Positions 31,338 to 38,958 of a DNA stretch of 59,350 bases are shown one piece after another. The notes beneath the pieces were generated by a model that saw only the letters and a program-made list of their open reading frames with translations, did not search any database and had not been told where the DNA came from. Within the stretch, counting starts at the first letter, position 1. Each line of letters starts with the position of its first letter. The translations under genes and the position numbers were made by a program. The stretch is from Bacteroidota bacterium. Lineage in GTDB: Bacteria; Bacteroidota; Bacteroidia; AKYH767-A; OLB10. The stretch is from the NCBI GenBank assembly GCA_024638565.1, contig JAHEKC010000007.1:1-59350 (forward strand). Direction: 5' to 3'.

Positions 31338-33677
31338 ATGAGAAGAACAATTGTGCTGATTAGCCTCTGCTCCGCACTGCTGGCACCCGCCGTGTACGGC
31401 CAGAAACTGCCCGCTGAATGGCGTATCACGCCTGACGGCAGGATGCTCATTCTCGGCGACCAGGACAAGAAGGCCACGCTGTACGACCACCTGATCGTTC
31501 GAGACATCCACCTCTCATTCACGCAGCCGAACTACTGGCAGATCATGCAGGGGAATTACCAGTCGCAGACCAATCTCATGGCCACCATGGTTGTGGATGG
31601 CATCACTTACGACAGCGTGGGTGTCCGGTTTAAAGGCCAGACTTCCTACTCGCAAACGGGCAATGCCCAGAAGAAATCGTTCAACATAGAAACAGACTGG
31701 CTCGTTCCCGGGCAGAAGCTGATGGGCTACGACATCCTGAACCTGCACAACTGCTTCCAGGATGAGTCCTTCATGCGGGAAGTGTTTTTCCAGCACCAGC
31801 TCCGGAATCATATCCCTATCGCCAAGTCGGCATTCACGAAATTGTATATCAACGGCCAGAACTGGGGTGTGTATCCCAACATAGAACAGGTCAGCGGCGA
31901 GTTCCTGAACGAATGGTTCCTCAGCAACGACGGATCGCTGTGGCGTGCCGACCGCCCACCGGGCTCACCCGGCGGTCCCGGCGGTGGCTGGGGCGACGGT
32001 ACGGCGGCACTAAACTATCACGGGCCTGACACCTCCCTCTACCAGCCCTATTATACGCTGAAGCGGTTTACGAAAACGAATCCATGGGATGACCTGGTGA
32101 ACACCTGCGATGTACTCAACAACACGCCGCTGGCCAACCTGCCCCAGACCCTGGCCGGCGTCATGGATATCGACCGGACCCTTTGGGTCCTCGCCGCGGA
32201 GATCCTGTTCTCTGACGACGACAGCTATGTCCACAAGGGAAAGATGGACTACTATGTCTACTACGAACCCGAAACGGGAAGGATGGTCGCGCAGGAATAT
32301 GACGGCAACAGTGTCATGAGTCCGAATTACCAGTACTGGAGCCCGTTCTACCATGAAACAAATCCCAACTACCCCCTGCTGAACCGCCTGTTGGCTATCC
32401 CCGGGCTCCGGCAGCGGTACCTGGCGCATTTGCGCACACTCATCGCGGAAGCATTTGACACCACGACCGCATTTCCGCTTATTGACGGTTACAAGGCGCT
32501 GATCGATACCATGGTGCAGAACGACCCGAAGAAGCTGTACTCCTACAGCCAGTTCGTGAATGAAATAACGGTACTGAAGAACTTTATCACCCTGCGAAAA
32601 GGATTCCTGAATAATAACCCGGAGGTCATGCAGACCGGTCCGTCGATCAGCAACACAGTTTACTATACCAATGGCAACGCCTGGACGGCACCTTCCGATT
32701 CCGATGACGTGGTGGTCAACGCCTCACTGGCCCATACCAGTGGCATCCAGGACGCCCGGCTGTATTACAGCAACGGGCTGGTGGGCAATTTCACCCGGAC
32801 CGATATGTTCGATGACGGGCAGCATGACGATGGGGCGGCAGGCGACGGCGTATACGGGGCTACCATCCCGGGTCATGCCGCCGGAAGCTGGGTGCGGTTC
32901 TACGTGGAAGGTGCCGCGGCCAACAATGCACAAACGGTCACCTATGACCCGCCGGGCGCCGAGCATGACGTATACATATACGTGGTGGCTCCCAAACTGG
33001 CCAACGACACCCATGTGGTCATCAATGAACTGATGGCCTCCAACATTTCAGCCGTCACAGACAATGCCGGTGAGTATGATGACTGGATCGAATTGTACAA
33101 CAACTCCACCAGCCCGGTGGATATCAGCGGCTATTTCCTTACGGATAACACGGTCAACCTGACCAAGTACACCTTTCCGCAGGGCACCGTCCTGCTGCCG
33201 AACGCGTACCTGATCGTGTGGGCAGACGAGGATGCCAGCCAGGGTGCCTTCCATGCCAACTTCAAACTTTCCGCGGCCGGTGAACAGCTTTACCTGCTCA
33301 ATCCCGGCCAGGAGCTGGTGGATTCCATCAGCTGGGGTCAGCAGGTCGCGGACATGGGATTTGCACGTGTCCCCAACGGGGTGGGGAATTTCATCATCCA
33401 GCAGCATACCTATGCCGCCAACAACAACCTGACCTCGGTCCAGGAGCTGGAGCCGGCGGTCACCGACCTGCTTCTCTTTCCCAACCCCGCCAGGGAGGTC
33501 TTGAATATAAAGGCCGTGGGAACGGAACGTGCTGAGCTGACGGTCACCGACATGCCCGGCAGGCTCGTTTACAGGAGTGAGCTGCACGGCGAGGCCCGCA
33601 TTTCACTGGCAGGCTGGAAAGCCGGTATATACCTGGTACGCTGCGGGGCTTTGACGCGGAAACTGGTGGTGCAGTAG
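31338..33677 (+). CDS. Secreted CotH-family kinase with lamin-tail domain and T9SS CTD
   Basis: Signal peptide; VGVRFKGQTS, KKSFNI, DESFMRE, LYINGQNWGVY...EQV; FDDGQHDDGAAGDGVYG; VVINELMASN...DDWIELYN; FPNPA...GIYLVR. Confidence 0.88.
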   Translation: MRRTIVLISLCSALLAPAVYGQKLPAEWRITPDGRMLILGDQDKKATLYDHLIVRDIHLSFTQPNYWQIMQGNYQSQTNLMATMVVDGITYDSVGVRFKGQTSYSQTGNAQKKSFNIETDWLVPGQKLMGYDILNLHNCFQDESFMREVFFQHQLRNHIPIAKSAFTKLYINGQNWGVYPNIEQVSGEFLNEWFLSNDGSLWRADRPPGSPGGPGGGWGDGTAALNYHGPDTSLYQPYYTLKRFTKTNPWDDLVNTCDVLNNTPLANLPQTLAGVMDIDRTLWVLAAEILFSDDDSYVHKGKMDYYVYYEPETGRMVAQEYDGNSVMSPNYQYWSPFYHETNPNYPLLNRLLAIPGLRQRYLAHLRTLIAEAFDTTTAFPLIDGYKALIDTMVQNDPKKLYSYSQFVNEITVLKNFITLRKGFLNNNPEVMQTGPSISNTVYYTNGNAWTAPSDSDDVVVNASLAHTSGIQDARLYYSNGLVGNFTRTDMFDDGQHDDGAAGDGVYGATIPGHAAGSWVRFYVEGAAANNAQTVTYDPPGAEHDVYIYVVAPKLANDTHVVINELMASNISAVTDNAGEYDDWIELYNNSTSPVDISGYFLTDNTVNLTKYTFPQGTVLLPNAYLIVWADEDASQGAFHANFKLSAAGEQLYLLNPGQELVDSISWGQQVADMGFARVPNGVGNFIIQQHTYAANNNLTSVQELEPAVTDLLLFPNPAREVLNIKAVGTERAELTVTDMPGRLVYRSELHGEARISLAGWKAGIYLVRCGALTRKLVVQ

Positions 33678-33738
33678 GCATTACTGCACGCGCCTCATTT
33701 TCATGCCCTTCCGTCTTCCGGGATAATAAAAAAGTTCT

Positions 33739-33746
33739 TACTTTTG
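33739..33746 (+). promoter_or_regulatory. -7 element for the tRNA pair
   Basis: TACTTTTG, 48 nt upstream of tRNA-Gly. Confidence 0.65.
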
Positions 33747-33794
33747 CCGTCCTCGCGGCCACGGGCTTCGTTTTCAGGGCCCCGCGTCGCTTAA

Positions 33795-33867
33795 GCGGAT
33801 GTAGCTCATTTGGTAGAGCGCGACCTTGCCAAGGTCGAGGTGGCCGGTTCGAGCCCGGTCATCCGCT
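33795..33867 (+). tRNA. tRNA-Gly(GCC)
   Basis: GCGGATG/CATCCGC acceptor stem, CGACC-TTGCCAA-GGTCG anticodon arm, GTTCGAG T-loop; CCA not encoded. Confidence 0.97.
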
Positions 33868-34077
33868 CGGTTTAAGTTATTGGGTAATCGTTAATTGTTA
33901 TTTGATCGGCATGTCGCCAGGTAACATCAACGAAACTCCGGTAACTTTTTTTTTACCCGTTACTTTAACATCTCCGGTTCCCGGTCCACGCAAACTTTCA
34001 GCTTCTCAACAACTCGATAACTCACTAACTTACCCCCTCAATCTCGAACATTGGATCTCGAAATTTAAACTGGTTAT

Positions 34078-34162
34078 GCCCGGGTGGTGGAACTGGTAGA
34101 CACGCAGGACTTAAAATCCTGTAGCCATTGCGGCTGTGCGGGTTCGACCCCCGCCCCGGGTA
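34078..34162 (+). tRNA. tRNA-Leu(TAA)
   Basis: GCCCGGG/CCCGGGT acceptor stem, CAGGA-CTTAAAA-TCCTG anticodon arm, long variable arm, GTTCGAC. Confidence 0.96.
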
Positions 34163-34181
34163 CTAAATCAGAGTGAGTGTG

Positions 34182-34355
34182 AGAGCGGGAGCGAGCACAC
34201 GAGCTCTGATTTTACCTCGCGCTCACTCTGACGCTCACTCTATAAGGCAATTTGTCAACGCTTCCAAATCTTAATTACATTACCAATCTAAGAGCGGGAG
34301 CGAGCACACGAGCTCTGATTTTACCTCACTCGCACACTGACACTCACGCTATGAG
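34182..34355. repeat. Direct repeat downstream of tRNA-Leu (about 65 bp x2, 37 bp identical core)
   Basis: AGAGCGGGAGCGAGCACACGAGCTCTGATTTTACCTC at 34182-34218 and 34291-34327, with degenerate extension. Confidence 0.92.
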
Positions 34356-34360
34356 TATCA

Positions 34361-34876
34361 ATGTCACAGCTCCCAGGCATTCGGATATCAATCATGCTTT
34401 TGACGGCATCAATGGTTTTAGCCGCATGCACGCCGACCAGAGACAGGATAAACCAGGGACAGCAATCATCCCAATCCACCACTTATGCGGAACCGTTATC
34501 GGAACTTACCCTTGCCCAACAATCTTCCTTCGATGCCCTAAACATGCTGCAAACAAGCACGGACGAGAAGAACCGTCTTTACTCCACTTTTACAGGTATT
34601 GTTCAATCCTGCTATCCGCCCGATACCAGCTTTACAATTGCGCGTACTGATTTACGTACTGCCATGGAACAGTTTGTGACAAGGCATTGCACGAACCTGG
34701 CTCTAAAGAAGCGCAATGAGCTCGCGGCAACTGCGGCTTTAGCACAAGAGGAATATATCGTATTGCATTGCCACGGCAACTCTCCCGATATTAATTACGA
34801 AAACGGGCTTCCCCTTTCAGGTACATGGGTGATGCCAGGTGTTCTTGGCCGAAGGGATGTTATTCTGGTGTGGTGA
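34361..34876 (+). CDS. Hypothetical lipoprotein
   Basis: Lipobox VLAAC; 171 aa; no family recognised. Confidence 0.6.
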   Translation: MSQLPGIRISIMLLTASMVLAACTPTRDRINQGQQSSQSTTYAEPLSELTLAQQSSFDALNMLQTSTDEKNRLYSTFTGIVQSCYPPDTSFTIARTDLRTAMEQFVTRHCTNLALKKRNELAATAALAQEEYIVLHCHGNSPDINYENGLPLSGTWVMPGVLGRRDVILVW

Positions 34877-35005
34877 CTGATGAAAAATGAAATAATGTTG
34901 CACCACAACGCAATAATGCAATGATCTCTTTTCATCTTGTCTGCGAAAAGCAATCAACGGCTTAACCCGATTCCGTCCATTGCCCTTTGGAATACAGGGC
35001 TTAAT

Positions 35006-35230
35006 TCACACATATAGGTAATAGAATTTCTTTCCATCCTTTACCTCGTCCTCGTTTCCGGAGAAGGCGCAACCGAGATAGGAAACAACGGCCGTATCAG
35101 GAACCCTAACCTTCCCGGGGCCCATTTCCTTCATGGTGGATCCTCCGAATTTATTAATCTTTTGGGCCGGCACACACGGAATGCCCGGAATTACAATTCC
35201 GTATACGAAAGCGGCAATAACTTTTCTCGT
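35006..35230 (-). pseudogene. LipL32-like protein N-terminal remnant
   Basis: Signal-like TRKVIAAF...PA-Q starts at ACG. VRVPDTAVVSYLG...DEVKDGKKFYYLYV is followed by TGA where LipL32 has Trp (KKAYYLYVWIP). Confidence 0.6.
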
Positions 35231-35352
35231 AATGATATTGGTTTCGTGGTTTGTAATAAAAGCGTCTAAAAATTGGGACAGGCGTCGAAGTAACAGGGCA
35301 ATACAATGGGGTTCCATGGGACCTTCAGCCTTGAAGACTTATGTCCTTGAAG

Positions 35353-36345
35353 TTAGATAGCCAGGTAGTACATCAGCACCAGGTATATGCATATGATCAC
35401 CACGGAGTCCAGCCCGAACAGCCATACTTTGCGCTGCGGCCTTATCATGATGCCCAGTCCCACGACCGCCGTCATCACCACGGTGGCCATCACCGACTCC
35501 ATGTGTGCCTTACTGATGGCGGCATACAATGAACCGCCTGTATAAAACAGGTCGTCGATACCCAGGATGAGGATATTGAAGATATTGCTCCCCAGCAGGT
35601 TCCCCACCACCATGTCATACGCCATCAGCCGCACGGCGGCAATGGATACGACCAGCTCCGGCAGCGAGGTGGCCGCGGCAAGGAAGAGCGTGCCGAAGAA
35701 GGTATCAGAGATGCCATACCAGGCAGCCAGCTCCTCACCGAAATACGGCAGGAACAACGCCGCCACAAGTACGACAAGTGCATTCAGCCCGTAAACGATC
35801 AGGGAACGCCTCAGCGAAGGCGGCTTCCCGCCGGATATGGCTGTCGTCTCCCGTTCCGGCATAACCTTACCCGACCTGCCGAAACGGTAGATCGCGTAGA
35901 TCGTGGCCAGGTACACCACGAAGATGACGGGCGTGAAAGCACTGACCCAAAAAAAGACAGGAGTCTTTTCCGCCGTAAGGATGGCCACCCCCGAAACCGT
36001 GAGCAGGATCAGGCTGAAAAAGCCAGCCACCACGTGGCTGCGCTCCACCAGGGACGTAAGCGGTTTCCTGATACGGGCGTCGAGCAATGAGAGGATCAGC
36101 AGGTTGAAAACACAGCTCCCGAAAATGTCCCCTGCGGCCAGGTCCGGCGCCTTGACGACCGCCACCGCACTGATGCCATTGACAAGTTCAGGCAAAGAGG
36201 TGATCGATGCCATTAAGATGAGCCCGATCCATGCCTTGCTCAGGCCCGTCAGCTCGGAGATCCGGTTGCCATGGTAGGTCAGCCGGATGCCGCTGACCAC
36301 GATCAGGGCCGTGCATATTATAAAACCTGCCAGTGCCTGCCACAT
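35353..36345 (-). CDS. Ca2+/cation antiporter (Na+/Ca2+ exchanger, YrbG-like)
   Basis: Two alpha repeats: ITSLPE...GDIFGSCVFN and ATSLPE...GNLLGSNIFN. Confidence 0.92.
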   Translation of the reverse strand: MWQALAGFIICTALIVVSGIRLTYHGNRISELTGLSKAWIGLILMASITSLPELVNGISAVAVVKAPDLAAGDIFGSCVFNLLILSLLDARIRKPLTSLVERSHVVAGFFSLILLTVSGVAILTAEKTPVFFWVSAFTPVIFVVYLATIYAIYRFGRSGKVMPERETTAISGGKPPSLRRSLIVYGLNALVVLVAALFLPYFGEELAAWYGISDTFFGTLFLAAATSLPELVVSIAAVRLMAYDMVVGNLLGSNIFNILILGIDDLFYTGGSLYAAISKAHMESVMATVVMTAVVGLGIMIRPQRKVWLFGLDSVVIICIYLVLMYYLAI

Positions 36346-36465
36346 AACTTTATCTCTCCGTTTGCCAATTTACAACTGGCGGCCGTATCTGTTCAATCCG
36401 CTGGGTCAAACCTGCACCGTTTATTCGTTTATCAGCCGGGAAAGGCAATACTTTTCATTTGCCGT

Positions 36466-37134
36466 TTAAAGGCTTATCTCAATATCCACCCCTACCACGT
36501 AATCCGTCACCGGTGCCACTACATTCACTTCCTTGTTGATCATGTAATACAGCCCGAGGGCATAGGTCTTGTTAAACTTATAATCGGCTCCCACGCGATA
36601 CCTGAGATTGTCCACCGTATTGCCCCCGACACCATTGAGCTGGTAATTCCATTCGAACGAAAAATAAGGGCGGTAGGGGCGGTCCATGTCTGCACGTGCC
36701 GTGATTTTACTGCGCAGGTGGCTCTCGGGAGAAAGTGTCTTGCGGTCGCTGCGCGCCTGCCTGTACTGGGACTGGTAGCGCTCACGGAAAATGAAGTCCA
36801 CGTACCGGGTCCGGTATCTGTATGAAACATCGGCATACCACCGTTGCCGGGACTCGTAATAATCATCCAGCTGCTTCTTGCGGATAAACCGGTAGTGCAG
36901 CTCCACATCCACATGCCTGTTTATCTCGTACCCGACGCCGGCATCCGTATATATCGTGCTGATTTCAGATGCATTCTCGTAAAACCGGACATCTTCCGCG
37001 AGGCTCACTGATAATTCCTTTGTCAGGGCCTTGCCCACGGAAATACTCGTCCAGATCCCGAAGTCATTTACCTGCGAAGCGCCCAAAAACGGGAGGCATA
37101 CAAGCAATGCCATTGCACCAGACACTCTATTCAT
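36466..37134 (-). CDS. DUF2490-like outer-membrane beta-barrel
   Basis: Signal peptide, DFGIWTSISV, RERYQ...HLRSK, amphipathic strands; 8-nt overlap with the upstream gene. Confidence 0.78.
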   Translation of the reverse strand: MNRVSGAMALLVCLPFLGASQVNDFGIWTSISVGKALTKELSVSLAEDVRFYENASEISTIYTDAGVGYEINRHVDVELHYRFIRKKQLDDYYESRQRWYADVSYRYRTRYVDFIFRERYQSQYRQARSDRKTLSPESHLRSKITARADMDRPYRPYFSFEWNYQLNGVGGNTVDNLRYRVGADYKFNKTYALGLYYMINKEVNVVAPVTDYVVGVDIEISL

Positions 37135-37744
37135 AGTAATACACCTGCAGCTGGGCGGAATCCCGCAGAAAATCGACGGTATTGATGTTTACATGATTGA
37201 CCTTCACCCCCAGCCTTTTCTCGAGGTCGTCTATAAGCTCCTGCCTGCGTTCAGGACGGATCAATTCGATCTTCTCATAATTCACAACCTTCGACACCTC
37301 GTTCCTGATGAGCACATTATACTCCATCAGGTAGGTAAAAATCAAAATGATTCCCCCCAGTATGCTGAACTCATCCCAGCTGCCCCTGCTCACGGCCATG
37401 ATCAGCCCGATCGAGATGGACAGGAACAAATAGGTCATATCCTTCATGGAGATGTTCTCCGTCCGGTAGCGAAGCATCGAAAAGACGGCAAAAAGACCGA
37501 AAGCCGCACCGATACTCATTTCCACCTTGTTCAGCAGGTAGGTAACCAGAAAAATGAGAATGTTGAAGATGAAATAGGTGAAGACGTACTCCCTGTTCCT
37601 TCTCGACGGCAGGTAAATCAGCCGCAGCAGCACCCACATGGTCACCAGGTTGATCCCGAGCCGCATGAAGAACTTCGGCGGAAGCCGGTTCAGGAACTCC
37701 ATCGCATTGTTCGTTTCGTTCAGGATCAGTTCAGGCAATAGCAT
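37127..37744 (-). CDS. DUF4956 membrane protein
   Basis: GAAFGLFAVFSMLRYRTENISMKDMTYLF signature, about 5 TM helices, and C-terminal YEKIELI...DLEKRLG...VDFLRD. Confidence 0.87.
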   Translation of the reverse strand: MLLPELILNETNNAMEFLNRLPPKFFMRLGINLVTMWVLLRLIYLPSRRNREYVFTYFIFNILIFLVTYLLNKVEMSIGAAFGLFAVFSMLRYRTENISMKDMTYLFLSISIGLIMAVSRGSWDEFSILGGIILIFTYLMEYNVLIRNEVSKVVNYEKIELIRPERRQELIDDLEKRLGVKVNHVNINTVDFLRDSAQLQVYYYE

Positions 37745-38495
37745 TTTGCTTTAGTTTTTGAATGCGGATCATCCGCGGTTTGAAATTGTTTTGCCGGATT
37801 CCGGCATGAAGCCTGGCCACGCCAAAGCAATACTTACTCAGCGAACCCTTGCGGATATGCCGTTCCCGCAACAGCTCGACGAATTCCGACCTCCGGGCCC
37901 GTTCCTGCTTTATTTCCACGATCACCAGTCCGTCGAGGCCCACCGTTCGTTCGCCGTTCCGGAAAGTAACCTCCCGGTCAATGGTTACCCGCTCCGGACT
38001 GTGCCTGTTGACGATCGTAATGCGCGTGAAGTCGACATGCAACCGGGCTTTAAGCATGGAGGCGTCCATCGGTGTGAGCGAGCGTAACAGCTCGTCTTCC
38101 GGGCCGGCTATATATTCCATGTTTCGTGGCACCTTGATCCGGTTCTTAACGGTTCGCCCCTTATTATTCTTGAACTTGATCTCGAAAAAACTGATCCCGG
38201 ATTCCACGTAGGTCCGGTACCTGATCTTGAAACGGTTCAGCTTGCCGCACTGGTGCTGGTGGTACAGGCGGAGGTCCGGTGTATCGAAATACACGGAGGT
38301 ATAATGGATCATCCTGGCCCCGCTGACCTCCAGCGCACGGTACGACGGAAGCAAAGCCTCGAAAAGCCCCGGCAGCAGGTTCTCATGAAATACATACTTG
38401 GTATCGGTACGATCCATCAACCGGACGCTATCCATCTCTTTCAGCGTGATTGGATCGAAACGGGCCACGACCTCTGAAACAGATGCGGCTGACAT
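37731..38495 (-). CDS. VTC-domain (CYTH/TTM) polyphosphate polymerase
   Basis: RTDTKYV, SVYFDT, RFKIRYRTY, FFEIKFK, ERVTID, IVEIKQ and SKYC tunnel motifs; no signal peptide. Confidence 0.9.
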   Translation of the reverse strand: MSAASVSEVVARFDPITLKEMDSVRLMDRTDTKYVFHENLLPGLFEALLPSYRALEVSGARMIHYTSVYFDTPDLRLYHQHQCGKLNRFKIRYRTYVESGISFFEIKFKNNKGRTVKNRIKVPRNMEYIAGPEDELLRSLTPMDASMLKARLHVDFTRITIVNRHSPERVTIDREVTFRNGERTVGLDGLVIVEIKQERARRSEFVELLRERHIRKGSLSKYCFGVARLHAGIRQNNFKPRMIRIQKLKQNAIA

Positions 38496-38499
38496 GGGA

Positions 38500-38898
38500 T
38501 CAGTTGCGCTTGATGATGAATGTTCCGGCATCCACCACCTGGTCATTGCCGGTGATCTCCACGTTGTGGATCACGGGAATCTTGCCCACGGTATCCGACA
38601 GCGTGGTATCACCTGAATAAACATACACCCGGTAGTTGCCTTTTCGCAGGTACTTGAACTCAAAGCGACCGTCAGGGCTTGTCCACAACCGGTCGCCATA
38701 GCTGATATCGTCGCCGTAGATGATGAAAACCTCTTCGTCAGCACCGTCATGCTCCCCGAGCACCTGCGTGTAGAAGGCATTGTACTGGACTACTTTCACG
38801 TACCCGGTGATGGAGGAGCTCCCCCCCTCACCCGGCCCTTTCTTGCAGGAAACGAGTATAACAGCCAGCAGGAATACAAAAGGAATACTTCTGATCAT
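38500..38898 (-). CDS. Small lipoprotein with Ig/transthyretin-like fold
   Basis: Lipobox LVSC-KK; GEGGSSSITG; DGRFEFKYLRKGNYRVYVY; stop 4 nt before the VTC start. Confidence 0.8.
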   Translation of the reverse strand: MIRSIPFVFLLAVILVSCKKGPGEGGSSSITGYVKVVQYNAFYTQVLGEHDGADEEVFIIYGDDISYGDRLWTSPDGRFEFKYLRKGNYRVYVYSGDTTLSDTVGKIPVIHNVEITGNDQVVDAGTFIIKRN

Positions 38899-38958
38899 AA
38901 GTCTTTGACCATTTAGAATGCGCGTGGATTAATCGCCGCGGTACGGCAAACCAAGGCC

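Noticed and set aside
34182-34327. 37-bp identical repeat pair as a mini-CRISPR or att site
   Set aside because: Two copies only, similarity continues degenerately beyond the core, it does not match the tRNA 3' end, and no cas or integrase is present.
35006-35008. TGA as selenocysteine or Trp recoding in the LipL32-like frame
   Set aside because: TGA is a normal stop throughout the window and similarity does not continue past it; pseudogenisation is simpler.
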